DNA of 64,000 bases from Pecten maximus. Taxonomy: Eukaryota. Position 1 is the first letter of the stretch; each line of letters starts with the position of its first letter. The position numbers were made by a program, and so were the translations under genes. The notes below the pieces were generated by a model, which was given only the letters and a program-made list of their open reading frames with translations, did no database searches and was not told where the DNA came from. Positions 12,637-27,408 of this stretch are shown one piece after another. Location: contig NC_047022.1 of the NCBI RefSeq assembly GCF_902652985.1, forward strand, positions 17,112,001 through 17,176,000, given 5' to 3'.

Positions 12637-13651
12637 CGAGGTCTGATTGATATGTTGTGAGCCTCATATTAAAGGATTTGAATTTTGCTGGACATATTGT
12701 ATTATTTTTCAACATAATCCCCTTCAGTATCTATTCACTTTTGCAAGCGGTGTTTAAGGGCCTCAATTTATATAACTCCTTTTCCTGGCTGTTCAGAAAG
12801 TCATCTACTGCATGTATGGTCATCATCTGGGTGCCTGAATTAGCTGTTTTCGTGAATGGCAGTCATGGCAATGACAGACTTTTGAATAGGAGCATTGTCC
12901 TGATGGAATAACACACCTTTAGTGAGCTTTCCGCGGCGATTCAGTTTAATATTTTCCCGTAACTGCCTCAGAAGTGAAGCATAGTATGTGTCATTCATTG
13001 TTTGTCCCTTTTGTAGATAACCTACCAGCAGTATATCATCTGCATCCCAGAAAACCGAGACCATAACCTTCCCAGCAGATGGAACAGTCTTTGCCTTCTT
13101 TGGCGTGGGAGAGCCAGGGTGTTGCCATTGTTTCCATTGTTGTTTTGCCTCTGGGGTAAAATGATGGACCCATGTTTCATCCATAGTGACTAATCTCTGG
13201 AGAAAATTGGCAGGATCTTCCTAAAAAAAGTTAAGATTAGTACGCGATAATATGCAACTGGTGTGCTTCTTATCAACTGTCAGAAGTCTTGGTACCCATC
13301 GTACCATCGTCACCATCGAAAGCTTTCTCATTGCAAGATCCTCGATCAGAATGGAATGTACTCTTTCCTGTCAAATGCCAACTCTACTGGCTATATATCT
13401 TTCTGTGACTCGTCTTACCGTCATAATAATATCATGAACTTTATTTACCAATTCTGCGGTTGCGGTTCAGGACGGGGGTCATCCTCAAGGCTTTGTCGGC
13501 CGCGCATAAATTCCGCCATCCACCTTTTCACTGTAGCATATGAAGGGGCATCTTTCCTTAGTGTTGCTACCATATCGTTATGGATATCCTTAGGTGTCAA
13601 ACCTTTTTATGCAAATATTGGATCACTGCTCTTTCACCGATTTTTGTCCAT
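12637..13651 (-). mobile_element. Decayed mariner transposon (irritans/Himar-like), transposase pseudogene with one TIR
   Basis: ATG at 13651 (MDK...RAVIQYLHKK...DAPSYATVKRW); MDETWVHHFTPE...SAGKVMVSVFWD...LFHQDNAP; C-terminus ...EGDYVEK* with stop at 12704-12702. Frameshifts present and the YSPDLAPSD segment is deleted. TA followed by CGAGGTCTGATTGATATGTTGTGAGCCTC at 12635-12665; the other TIR was not found. Confidence 0.9.
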
Positions 13652-14134
13652 TTTGCAAACTCCGCTTGCCTTGTTTACTTTAGAGTGCTACCTCGGCGAT
13701 ATAAACTAACCAAATGAGACCAGTCCTTGGGTACACGGCCCTATATAGTCAGAGAATAGTAAGACTTAAAAAGAACATTTCAAGGTCAATACAAAATAAA
13801 TGTTTAAATACGTACTTAAAGACGAATCCAGTCAAAAAGGTCCCTATTCTGTACTATCAACACTTATAGGCATGACGTCATGATTATTTTTCAGGTTTGA
13901 TAATTTCTATGATCTAGAATTACTCCTTGATATATCTAACTATAAAGTAATTCTACAGAAGAAGCTGTTAGGATCTACAGCGAATGCTTGGTGATTTTGA
14001 GAAACTATATATTTCCAGAGAATCATTTTGGCATATCATATGGCTAGATTTGTGTAAATTTGTTGGTATGTATTTGCTTCTTAAATTCAACATTGCTCTC
14101 TTATATACATTTGTAGATGACAATCAACGTCCCA

Positions 14135-14540
14135 TCAATAGCTCCCTGTGTGCGGGATGCTTGTGTGTAGTGTATGTGTGTGTTTCGGGAGGGTGCAGTA
14201 TGTGTGTCTCCTTGTCATAGAGCGGAACTGAGGCCGACTTTATAGTGCTACCTCATTGAAGCATACTGCCGAAGACACCTAGCAGGACACCCCACCCGGT
14301 CCCATTACACCGACAACGTGCGAGCCAGCCACCCCACTCCCAAATAAACAAGAGTAGCAACTACCATAAGATATTTATAGACCAGGGGACAGGACCCATT
14401 CCCCACAGGGGTGAAAGTTTAACTCAAGGCCAAAAGTAAGGTAGTGTCAGAGGAGTCATTAGGAAGAAGAAAGTTTCTAGAAAGAAGAGAAAAGATAATA
14501 TTCCAAATCTACGATCATGCAATGGATGGTGCAGTTCTTA
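14135..14540 (-). mobile_element. Decayed Meta-SINE-like interspersed repeat
   Basis: CCCCACCCGGTCCCATTACACCGACAACG...GAGCCAGCC resembles, from recall, the reverse strand of the bivalve Meta-SINE core; boundaries approximate. Confidence 0.4.
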
Positions 14541-15715
14541 ATTCTTACCTACATAGTGGTCACCCGTGTATGACACCGTGAAGGAGCAACAAGGAAAGTT
14601 TATGTATCTTAATGCATGTCGTAGGATGCGACTGGGTATTCTCTTAAATGGTTGAAGGTGGCTACAGGCATGGTTGCGATTTATGCAGCCTCGAGATGCC
14701 AGCTTCGAAAGATGCTTTAATCTGAAGCGCACAAGTGATATATTTTACAATAATATATTAAGTCTTGAAGCCAAGAGTCTAGTTTAGATAGGAAACTCAA
14801 GAAAAAATATGGACTATCTGAAATATTTTACAAAATTTAGTTGTCCGTACCATACATTTTATTGTGTTTATACTATTATATCCGCGTAAACCGACTATTA
14901 CTCTTCACCTACTCACTAAACAGTGATTCCTTCTTCTCGCTTGCTGATACTTTCGTAATGAAAGGAAAGTCTTAGTGTTAATATGTGATTTAAAACATTA
15001 GCTTGAAATATATTCAAGATAATCTTAATAATTAAACTACTGTAATCCCTGTGTAAATAAAATTATATGAATAATGGCATGCTTGTTACAAGGAAGATTA
15101 AATAATAGAATTAATTTCTTATCGTTCTTTCTTTCTGGGATTTTTTATTATTTTTTTTTCATTTAGTCTCCTTGACATATGTATCATACATGTATATCCG
15201 TGTCTGTAGTAAGGATTCCATTTTTTCTCTCAAAGCGGGAGAGATACATGTAAGATGACTCGTGTGAGCATGCGCAGACTAGACTCTATGCGTATCCAAA
15301 TTACTTACATTATCAGTAATGAATAGTATCTATCATATATATATATGAGAGCGTATCCTTAAATAAAATACCCGTATGTAAAACGAATAACCAGTATCAC
15401 ACTCAACTTTCATTGTACCTCACCAAAACCTGTTCATGTTTCCTGAAATGCTTCGGGGGTTTATTTCTCAACAAAACGGCAACGACAATGTACGGGGGCC
15501 TATTAGTACCAAATGAAAAAAACTCACGTTATTACGACTTAAACATATGTTGTTATTGCCAGTTTAGGTCACCGTCGGTTGAAAGGTCAAAAGGCCGTAA
15601 AATCATACACAAAACGCGTTAAATATATAGGTTAGTCTTAAGTTAATAAGTTATTGCGAATTCCTCTATCTCGTTATAATGAATCAAGTCATAACAACGA
15701 GATGACGTAACGTAA

Positions 15716-15845
15716 CTCGTAATAACGAGATAATTTACCTCGTAATAATGAGATAATTTACTTCGTAATAACGAGATAATTTACCTCGTAATAATGAGAT
15801 AATTTACCTCGTAATAACGAGATAACGTAACTCGTGATAACGATT
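15716..15845. repeat. 23-bp tandem repeat (CTCGTAATAACGAGATAATTTAC), about 5 copies, each a mini-hairpin
   Basis: 23-bp period (15716, 15739 and onward); each unit contains the inverted pair CTCGT-AATA-ACGAG. Confidence 0.85.
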
Positions 15846-17884
15846 TTTTTTGCGTGTGGTACGAATTTGTAAATGAAGGTGTCATATGCAGCATATAATT
15901 GATAATTTCTTTTATATGATTTCATCAATAGATGATTTGGTTTCACAAATATATTATTTGATTTGATATCAGTGATATATGTTTTCAATTTGTCACTAAC
16001 TGATTTGGTTTCCTTTGTATTATGTTCTGTTATTACAGTGCATGCTTTCAGCATTATATGATATGATTTTATCAGTAAAAGATTTAAAGTCATAAGATCT
16101 ACGCAGTTCACGTGAAAAAAGATATATCCAGTTTTCAGGGAAACTTTTCTCACGCAACAGAGCCGTACCAGCTTCATGGGTCAATCCAGAAAAAAAAAAT
16201 TTGATCATTCGAATTTTATCTTTAATAAGTAGCTTGAAAAACACATGTATATCTGGGTGCTTGTAAGCGCTCCAGTTCTGAGATTATTTGATATTTCTGT
16301 GACCACACGTGTCGTTGCCTGTATATAAGCTCGATGTAAATCTTAAACCGCCTCTAATTTCTGGTATTTTTATTTTTCTGTAACTGAATTAAAGCTGACA
16401 TAGGAGACGTGCCACTCCGACAGGTTGTTATTCGGTTGACGTGGAATACCTCTCGACTGGACGTCCGAATGACCACTAGACCGTAATAATGAGTTACAGG
16501 TGACCATACCTCCAATACATGTTAAAGAATACAAGGTCACAAAGGTTAAAGTCGAGATCCCGAAAATTCGAGCCACCTCGTTGTAACATTACACTATTCA
16601 ATTAACATCAAAATATCATAGATATTTGTGAGATTTTTAAAATTTCTTTTTTTCTTTGACGAACTTTTGACAGACCAAGAAATCAAAACGAGATTTCATA
16701 AATCATATTAATGACATATCAAGTGACTTGATGATTTATTTTTTTCAAAAATCAAGACTTTCATACGATAGTCTTGACATTTATTTTGGCATGATGATAT
16801 AATCTTAAAATCTTATCAATAAAGTTAGTTTATAATTTCTCTTTTTTTCTTTTATTATATCTACAAAACATGACAATTTGGTGAGATATCAAAAATAACA
16901 TATTTGCGATATTTGTTTTAATGTTATTTTCGTGAATAATTGGTCAATTTATTTCAAAATAAGGAAATAAATATAAATGAAATCATGAGAATGTAATTAA
17001 AATATTCATTGTTTCTGGAAGTTAATTTTATCATCTTTTCTACTCGAGGTATTTATGTTTTTCGAGAGACGCTTGACGGGAGTTTTGTTACGAGATAAGA
17101 TGTGGCAGTTATGATATTTCATTATATAGTTTAGGGGAAAGACATTTGCATGACTTGGCCAGACATGAAGAAATAGTCTGGAGCGAGCTGGACATGTCAA
17201 ATGCCGTAGAGAAACGTCAGACCAGACCAGGTCATCTCTCGGTCACGCTGTGGCCACAAAACATGTGTTGAGATTATATTTTAAACTTTTAAACTCTTTT
17301 TTATCTGCGTGGCTAGTCTGACCTAGTTTTGTTTGGTCAGTGACCGCGGCGATGGACAAAGGATGGACAATTAACTGGTACAGTAAAGCACTGATACTCG
17401 TCCGACGTGAAGCTGTGCAGCGCAGCGGCATAAAGAGAGAATATATATCAAAATATAGTTCATTGAAAAGCTCATTATTATGTTTTTAAAATCTTAAGTC
17501 GATGTAGTCTTAGAAAAAAACCCACTTCAAATACATACTTAAAGTTGTATTGTACAGTAGATGTTCACGTCTACAATTTCATTTTTACAAAGACTTTACA
17601 GCTTCCCTATTCAGTCGTTATGATGCATAAGAAGAATTCCTACATGTATTCCAAGTTAACTGTGGACGTAACAGGTCTGTAGTCAGTTTTGAATTATTAT
17701 ACTGATGATATAGCCTGTATGTTAAACTGACCCGATATAGAATGTAACTTATATTGAAAGAAAATTTTCGTTTTAGATATTTTATCGAAAATATATAATC
17801 GGAAAATTATCAATAAAAATGTACAAGGTGTAAAATGAAGAATGACAACTGAACGTGATAGAAATTCAACGTAAAGATTAGAAG

Positions 17885-18115
17885 GCGACGGCGACGGCGA
17901 CGTCCGACTTGTAAGTTACAGACGTCGCCGACACGCAAACTCTTAGCAAGGCGTCGCCGACACGCGATTTTTATAAAAGGCGTCGCCGACATGCGATTTG
18001 TAAGTAAGGCGTCGCCGACACGCGATTTGTAAGTAAGGCGTCGCCGACACGCGATTTGTATAAAAGGCGTCGCCGACACGCGATTTGTAAGTAAGGCAGC
18101 GTCGACACTCAATTT
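17885..18115. repeat. CpG-rich 29-30 bp tandem repeat (GGCGTCGCCGACACGCGATTTGTAAGTAA), about 6 copies, likely transposon-internal
   Basis: Tandem units seen directly, with partial copies at about 18213 and 18245; explains ORFs 17810-18311. Confidence 0.85.
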
Positions 18116-21100
18116 GTGAAAAAGATGCCGCACACAAAATGTAAAGAATTCGCCGTTGATATACTCTTGATAATTGATTAAAAGATAAGTCACCGCCCAA
18201 CACTCGGCGGGTAAGGCGCCAATACATATGATATACAATTAGTAAGTTAGGCGCCGCCGATATTAAACTTATAATACTCCTCTGCACATTGACCAATACA
18301 TATCGCGACATCTGTCCCCTACTTGTAAGTAAGACGCAATGCGATTGGACAATAATGCCGAAGTTGGACGTTTAAATAAACTAGTAACATGTTGACCTAG
18401 TTATAATCGTGTGAAGGATAGCACAAATATTGCATTTCTCTTCATGATTTTTATCAGAATGAGAAAACATACACTGTTAAGATCATGTCTGGTTCATTTC
18501 ATATCAAATATCAATTGATACAGGTATTTGTATGAAATGAAGCCGCGACGATCAAGGACATGGGGCGTGTCTACCCGTGACATACGGCTTATACAGAATA
18601 AAAAATAAAAAGGATAGAAAACGACATGGAAAAGCGTGTGAATATGACCCCGCTTTGACATCTGGTGACCTGAAGAGTACAACAGCACGTGCAGACAGAT
18701 GCTCATTTGCATATTGCTTTGTCAAAGCGAACAAAGCTTTCTACACTTATCCTGGACAGGGCTAGAAAAAGCCATTTAGTTTTTCATTAAACGTTACCGA
18801 TTTACGCCAAAATACAGGTTTATGGGCCGAGTGAATTAATGAATTCGAAATTATGGCCACAGGATAGCTTGACCAAAGCTTGTAAACACAATTGACATGG
18901 GTCTTTACATTTGTGTGCTAAACAGACTCTCGATATTTATTAAGAATACAAAATACTCGAGCTAACTGTACTCCAAACTCCCCTTAAAGTTGTATGTTAT
19001 CTTGATTCCAAATTGGTCACAGTTCGAAAAACTTCACTGCAATTGTTTTAGTGTTTGTGGGGAAGAAGAAAAAGAAGACTTCGGCTGTTAAGGATACGTC
19101 CTTAAGGGAGATTACTCTAAAACAGTGTACAAAAATATGAAACGTAGCTGGCGAATAAAGTAAATATTTGTCGTTTGTTTGTTGTTTTTTTTCTGTCTTT
19201 TTTGTTTGTCTGTGTGTTTTTTTGTTTTTTGTTTTTGTTTTTGTTTTGTTGTTGTTGTTGTTGTTTAATGGTACGATGTATCATATTCCGTGTCGCGAAT
19301 CTATTTCCTAGAATCTTGACCTTGATTCTCCACTTAGAACCTTTCCCTTGATCTATCCGTATGTATTTCTGTATATTACCTATCATACATTGTACAACAT
19401 CCCCTGTCACGTCTGTTCTAATCTCTTCTCCCCGGTGCTCTCTTTCATTCAATGACTTCCCTTCTGCGTGCTTTCTCATATTCTCATCTCTCAACGAATC
19501 CGAGCACTCTCATCCTTCCCCATATGCCACACATGTTCCCGCTGTGGGTTCTTTAATCTTGCACCCCAAATGAACCGTGCTGTAGTCTTCCCTCAATCCT
19601 TGAATTCCATGCGCTACTCTTCTCTGTCCGCTTCTTTACTCTGTCTGCCACTTCATCACTCATCCTCTGATGTAAACTTATTAGTAATCTCTCCTTAACC
19701 AAGCCCCATCCCCTCATCCCCACCCCCGCCCCCACATCCCCACACACACACACTCACTCCCTCACTCCTCACCCCTCACCCCTGCACACGCACGTACGCA
19801 CGCACCTTGCACTCATTCTCATTGTCTATCATCATCAAAATTCAAATTATCAAACAATATGCATGTCAAAACTCAGTAGAAAGCAAACTAGTTAAGCAAT
19901 GCCTGCATATGTTTACAGATATTGGCAGGTTAAATTTATTCCCTTCATTGTTTTACGATTAAAGCTGATTTTAATTGTAATTAATAAAATCTTAAGTGCT
20001 TCTTCACTCGACCAGGTTTCATCAACATTACTTAACTTAAACGTTTCTATAATAAATCATTATTAAATTTAAGAGAGGAATCCTAACAAAGGAACTTTCC
20101 TTTAACTCAATTATGCGGTTCTATGGAAAGATTTAAGGTAGGAAATATCCTTAAGTTACGTCACAGTGCTGCAGACTGAATACCAAATTACCTGTACTTA
20201 ATCATTGTGACGGTATCATATAAACAGCTACTGATAGTAAGGAGGAATGTGGCACATGGACTGGTCAGCAGCTGTGTTTATTTACGAACGCGGATGTCTG
20301 GACAAAATTGATTGCGTTGGTCAAGTGCCAGAATGAGACCCATCCTATCATTACGTTGTCAGACTTTCTTCACAACCTTTAAATAGATGAACAATTCGGT
20401 ACACCTGTACGTAGGAACGGGAATAGACAACGTACCTTTCGTGAATTAAAAACACATTTTCACTGACCTGGATTGTTACGCTTGAAAATCTTTCAAATGG
20501 TATCATTTGCATTTCAATTGAAAACAATACATAGCACCATGTTCGTAATGAGATCTATGTCATTTAGACGCTTCGAATTATATGCCTGTGTCATACACAT
20601 GTGCGTGCCACCAATTGACAATGACTGCTTTCGTTGGACAGGTTGGACCAAAGTTGTTCGTTTATGAAATAAGAACTGTTGGCTGATTTAATGTTGTTTT
20701 GGGACGAGCCGTGACAAAGACTCCTAAGGCCTAACTTGATATCTGCAGGTTGAAAACAGACGAACTGGTTTGATTTAAAAACATCTTAAAATGGAATCGA
20801 TATATCATATTATATGATATGAACTTAAATACATTTTTTTCAAGTTTCTGAAATATGATAGACCATTTAAATGATTAGATACGCCGTTGTGTCATATTGC
20901 GTTGCCAACTAATCAATATACAATGTAGTACGTAAGTGAATATACTACACACTCGCCCCTTTCATACATCTTTGGACACTTATTTGAAACTGACCAGTAA
21001 AGACATAATGTTTTATCATAGAAAATTTATAGGAACATTTGAACGTCCATCACTTTTATTTTCCTATTTGAAATCCCATTAGGCGTATTTTAGTACTAAA

Positions 21101-22809
21101 GGGTAAAATATACTTAACACGTGATATACCGTCTTATGGTGTTTATAAATTACGAAACTGACCGCTAGCCAAGGCGTTGAGTGATGGTCAGTGTAAATTT
21201 GCCAAAGGCTTTTGGACGCTGACCAGAAACGTACGTAAAGGTTACTTAATTGTTTGGACACTCTACTGACCGGCAATGCAGCGTGATATCTCGCCTCTCG
21301 GCTAATAATCACGACATGGCCATATTTACACAATCCTACGTGTGCAAATAATCGCGAACCAAAGTTTCACTTTGTGCGCCTTGTACGTGAAACTCACGTG
21401 TACACGAACGAGACTTCAAAAACACGTGCAATCTATAAATAATATCTCGTTATAGTGTCACATATAAAAATAATACACAATCATAATGTACAATACTACT
21501 TAATGAAAATGTATCGGGGCCAAGTTGTTCAATGGATGATAAGCTTAATCATTCGTGAAAATCTCATTTCTCTGTTACTTCAAAGCCTGTATGTGTATAT
21601 TCCTTCAAATATGCAGGTAGGAGACAGTAAAGTGTTCCGTAAGTTAAGTTAGTTTTACTAGAAATAGGTTTTATCGGAATTTAGCGTAATCGCATGTGTC
21701 GACATACGATTAGTAGATGGAGATCCAGATGTATAATACATGTAAAGTGAAAGTAAGAACAATCATAATAAAGTTTTCTCATGTAGCCACCAATTAAAAA
21801 GTTTATTAGAAAATAAGAAAATTATATGATTATAGACATTTATCATTCAGAACTGGACAATCAAACAAGACGACTTGATTTATAAAATTTTGCGAAATAT
21901 AACTGACAAATAGGCATTTATTGATACCGAGATAACTTTTATTTCCCCTTATGTGTTTTACAGCCTCTTACCCAGGAAGTCCTCGTTATACAGGTATTCA
22001 TCAGGTCAGGGTTAATGATGTAAGATTCTTACGTGTTGTGTAATACAAAATGTAGTTACATGTATACCAGTCGTTATATGAGGTTTATTGCAATATGACA
22101 TGCCCTCGTGACCACGAGATTGTCATATTTCCCTGACCACTGTATTGTATGTTATTAAAATATGGCGTACGACATGGAGGAGACATACTGGTGTCCATCC
22201 TTCGAATTTCAAAAAGTTATTATTTATTATGATTATTTTCATTGAAGTTTATCTCGGTATTTTAAACAATTAAAGAATAACGTACTGTAATATTTCCGAC
22301 GACTATGACAAAACTTAAGACAGAATGAGGTAAACTTGTAATGGAGTATCCGAGACACGGCTTTAGTTTATTCTGGTAAGATTTGAGATTTTAAGTATTG
22401 GTAAAAGGGCTAAATAGTTAAATAAACATAGGATCATTCTTAACACGTGTATACTGCGATCTTTATGCAATTTGATTACTTACACAATGTCATCTCGGTG
22501 ACCTGTCAGCTGTATAATGGTCAAATGGTTTCTTAGTGTCACTAACATACGTTACCACAGAATGGAACAAAAGAATGAATACTTAGGAAAACGTGGGATA
22601 GTTCCTCCAAGTGAATGTTGTATATAAACCAGATGATGATGATCGGCTTATCGCTAAGTGAAAGTGTAACGACGCCTACTTATAACGTGTAAAACGATAC
22701 GACACCTACTCATGATGTTTAAAGTTATACATAATCACTCCAGAAAAAATATTTAAACGTTTGCTGTGTTTAAGTGGTACGACACCTACTTCTACCTATA
22801 ATGTTCAAA

Positions 22810-24130
22810 GTTAAACAACACCTAATTATAATGTTTAAGTGATACGACACCTAATTATAATGTTTAAGTGATACGACACATACGTATAATGTTTAAGTCA
22901 TACGACACATACGTATAATGTTTAAGCGAAACGACACCTCATTATAATGTTTAAGTGATACGACATGTACTTACAATGTTTATTGATACGACCCCTACTT
23001 ATAATGTTTATTGATACGACACTTAGTTATAATGTTTATTGCTACGACACTTAGTTATAATGTTTATTGATACGACACTTAGTTATAATGTTTATTGATA
23101 CGACACTTAGTTATAATGTTTATTAATACGACACTTAGTTATAATGTTTATTAATACGACACTTAGTTATAATGTTTATTAATACGACACTTAGTTATAA
23201 TGTTTATAAATACGACACTTAGTTATAATGTTTATTAATACGACACTTAGTTATAATGTTTATTGATACGACACTTAGTTATAATGTTTATTGATACGAA
23301 ACCTATTATAATGTTTAAGTCATACGACACATAGTTATAAAGTTTATTGATACGACACTTAGTTATAATGTTTATTGATACGACACATATGTATAATGTT
23401 TAAGCGAAACGACACCTCATTATAATGTTTAAGTGATACGACATCTACTTACAATGTTTATTGATACGACCCCTACTTATAATGTTTATTGATACGACAC
23501 TTAGTTATAATGTTTATTGATACGACACTTAGTTATAATGTTTATTGATACGAAACATATTATAATGTTTATTGATACGACACATAGTTATAATGTTTAT
23601 TGATACGACACATACCTATAATGTTTATTGATACGACACTTAGTTATAATGTTTAAGTCATACGACACATAGTTATAATGTTTATTGATACGACACTTAG
23701 GTATAATGTTTATTGATACGACACATACGTATAATGTTTATTGATACGACACTTAGTTATAATGTTTATTGATACGAAACCTATTATAATGTTTATTGAT
23801 ACGACACATACGTATAATGTTTATTGATACGACACATACGTATAATGTTTATTGATACGACACTTAGTTATAATGTTTATTGATACGAAACCTATTATAA
23901 TGTTTATTGATACGAAACCTATTATTATGTTTAAGTCATACGACACCTCATTATAATGTTTAGTTATACGACACATAATCATAATGTTTAATGATATGAC
24001 ACCACATATTAATGTTTCAGTGATACGACACCTACTAATGGTTCAGTGATACGACACCTACTAATGGTTCAGTGATACGACACACACGTATAATGGTTCA
24101 GTGATACGACACACACTTATAATGTTTAAG
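22810..24130. repeat. 28-bp minisatellite (TACGACACTTAGTTATAATGTTTATTGA), about 47 copies
   Basis: 28-bp period (23071, 23099 and onward); homogeneous centre with diverged edges. Confidence 0.95.
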
Positions 24131-27100
24131 TTCTACAACACCTGCTTGTAATGTTTAAAGTGATACGGTACATATTTAATGTTAAAAGTATTACAGTACC
24201 TATAAATATACTTACACTATGTCCGTCGCTAACAAATGTTTATGTGATTTTTCCAATGTCGACACAACTCGAGATTCATTGTTGCTCTGTAAATCTATTT
24301 ATAGAATACCAAGGACAGCATGTGTCGTGATCTTTTAGCTTGATGTAAACTGTGTTTTTTTGTTTGTTTTTTTTATCACTTCGTTTTATTGTAGACTGCT
24401 TAGACTGCTTATTTCGCGATCATAATTATTCAAACGCATACTGTTTATTTCTAGAGCGCTAAATCTTACGGTAGACTGCTTATTCTTTGTACCTACATTT
24501 TTTTAGGCAACTTATTCTCCGACCACACAGTTTTACTATCGACCTATTTTCAGACACTCGATTTTACTGTAGACTACATATTTTGTGAGCAGTAATTTCC
24601 TTACTGACATTTTACAAATATAATATTGAAAGCGTGTTTCATTCAACACATTTGTCTTTTTAAACAGCATTGCTTGAGTAATACTTCAATTCGCGCGCAA
24701 AGCTTCGTGCCAATTGACGAAGAAAAAATACTCACAAATAATTAATTAGGAAATAAACTTAATTCTTTACAATATTGAAATAATGGTCATTTCCTGTGAA
24801 TATTTGAAGAACTCCTCAGGGGACATCATAACAGCCGGCTGTCGGTACGTCGGTACAGCACATTCCTCTATACCGTAATACTATCATTCTAATGTACAGA
24901 GGACTGTCAGCCACATATGTATCGCCCTTTCTCTGGAACCAGTGTCAGGTATTACGAAGGAATTAAGAATGCCGAAAAGATCTTATGTTAATACTCCTCA
25001 AACTATGACATTCCTCTTTAACTAATCGGAATTATGTACATTAACGCTATCAAAAGAAGCTATATATGCATAAAAGTAGGCACTTTAGAGACATTTGCTA
25101 AACACCATGTATTTCAAAGATTGTAATCGGTGTCATATTTTATCTGTATAGATAGCATGCGTATGCTATTTTTTTTTATACAAGACACGGGTGCCTTTTT
25201 GTATTCGGTTAATTTTAACGTTCTCAAACACCATTAAAATCGGTGGGTATGTTCTTAAAAACATTCGTGGTGGAATGTATAGGAAAGCAATTTCGTTTAC
25301 TTAAGTACTATTTAGAATGAATGGTGATAATAATTATGAAATAAGGCCATATATTCCATTGAATCTCATTGTCCCGTGAAAAATCCGTAATTTTCTGTCG
25401 CTAATCTACTGCTTTTAGATTTTTATTTCTCCAGTTTTATACATCCGAGAGTAACAGTAATAGTTATCAGGTGTATTAGTTTCGCACGAGTTATCGTTCC
25501 TGGTTACGAAACTCTGCATTCCTTAGTGACAACTTGTAAACTCACAATAAGCGAGATTTGACGTGAATGACACATAAGGTCATCGTTAATTGTTCAGATC
25601 TGGGTCAGTGTGCTGCTCGGGGCAGTGATGGTCAGGTCGAACTAATCGTTATTCATAAAAAACGCCAAATTGACCCTACTTCACACAAACTTAGAAATTA
25701 ATCGGTATTTTTCCAAAATGTCCGAAAACTGCCATCTTCCTCGGCATAACCGTTCACAAGTATTTAGCATACTTCTGGAATTTACATCTTAAACTCCGTT
25801 GCAAGATAATTCTTGATGCATTTGATTTCCGGAAAGCGTTGTGATACTTGAAATTAAGCTGTTTACGAAATTATGGCACTTTAGTATCTTTAAATATGTT
25901 CTCTCAAAATACAAGAATATCCCAGAATATCGTATTTATGCTGTTTCAAAACGAATTCGTCAACCAGAACAATCCGTTTTACAACTAAAATCCGTTTTGT
26001 TTACTAGAATGGCCGATACATCATTTATATTGTACGGAGATTTTCCATCATAACGTGTCAGAAATTAATTACTACTCCAAGTATTAATCTAATTCTTATC
26101 TTTTCCTCTTTTCAAAATTGCCTGTATATATGCCTTCATTCGTTTTGTTATGCCTATCTCGTTTATAACTTCTACATTTCCTTTCTCTGAAATACATAAG
26201 ACACATTTTTAATTCGTGTAACGTAAAACGTCCTCAGAAAACGTGAAACGTCAACCAAAAATGTAGCTCTGACATGCATGATATATTCTGAAATTAGTTG
26301 ACCTGCCACCTAAAAACACGGTATATGGATAATCGTTGAAAGCTGGCCACATTTCTTTCTCTTCTTCAGCCAGACTGACCATCGTCCTGTGCCTGAGGGG
26401 ATCCAAGTCCTGTCGGCGTTTGTCAACAGCGGCCTCTGACATAAGTGTTACGGCGAAGGCCGATACACATAAATTGGGGTCCCTGGGGCGCTCAGCTCAC
26501 AGGAAGATCTATATTTTTAACGCAGTGAAGCTTTAAAACTTGAAGGTTACAAATGTCATACTACATCAGATCAGATGTACTGTTTCAGGTCTGCTCGCTG
26601 ATGAAGATAAATAGATAAGAGGAAAATAGACATAAATATCTTTTGTTTGTTTTGTTACTGTTTTTTGTTTTGGGTTTTTTATACACTCAATACTATTTTC
26701 AATGGCAAAATAATTAATATTGACAGAATTTGGAAAATACTAAGGGGTAAAAAATGATTATAGACGTAAGTTTCATGTTAGTCTGATGTTGCCAGGAAGT
26801 CTAGACCAGTCAAAATATATTTGAACCCGAATTAAAAACAAAATGAGTTTGTCGCTTTTCTACAAAGAAAATTGTTTTAAGAAATATGATATATATATAA
26901 CTCTTACAGTCATATGTCATTTAACCATTCGTGTTATCATTAAGTACGGCATTGTTATTGATGACGTCAGCGTCATGATACCCGTGTTATTGATGACGCC
27001 AATGTTATCGATCCGTCAATATTATTGGGAGAATGGGGATTTTTTTTTAACAGTAGAATGTCGCTTTCCTCCTTAACTGACCATAGCTGTTTATTGAACG

Positions 27101-27340
27101 CTAAACAATACAATACTTAACGAAATACATAAAACCCAGGCGTGTGAAAATCATTATTCTAGAAAAAAATGGTGAGCGGTTTTTTGACAATATCTAGAAT
27201 AGAAAGATTTTCTTTGTTACTTACAGCGCCAGGTAAAATTTGCTGTGGGACCCGACAAACGGTTGCTCCCATGCTTACACGCATGCGTGATTTTTAACAG
27301 CTGAATTCTCTGCTACTGTAATACAGATGTTGTGTCTGAA

Positions 27341-27374
27341 TATATAAGTGGCCAGCCGGACTGGACTGTCAGTC
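27341..27374 (+). promoter_or_regulatory. Core promoter of the FMO gene: TATA box plus initiator
   Basis: TATATAAG at 27341; Inr TCAGTC at 27369-27374, with its A exactly 30 nt after the TATA start and 38 nt before the ATG. Confidence 0.65.
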
Positions 27375-27408
27375 GGTCGCACGCTTTACCGACAGCCAGC
27401 CGAACAAA

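Noticed and set aside
13252-13709. Plus-strand ORFs of 61 and 148 aa
   Set aside because: Antisense to the mariner transposase.
19280-19700. Purine-skewed segment, possibly a very old LINE 3' end
   Set aside because: Only a hint of a decayed Cys motif; too degenerate to assign.
22810-24130. 28-bp array as a possible CRISPR (also the 29-, 38- and 46-bp arrays)
   Set aside because: Head-to-tail units with no unique spacers, no cas genes, and a eukaryotic context.
26251-26536. GC-richer short ORFs upstream of FMO (also 8323-8749)
   Set aside because: No recognisable domain and no chain of phase-compatible exons; possibly regulatory or repeat-derived.
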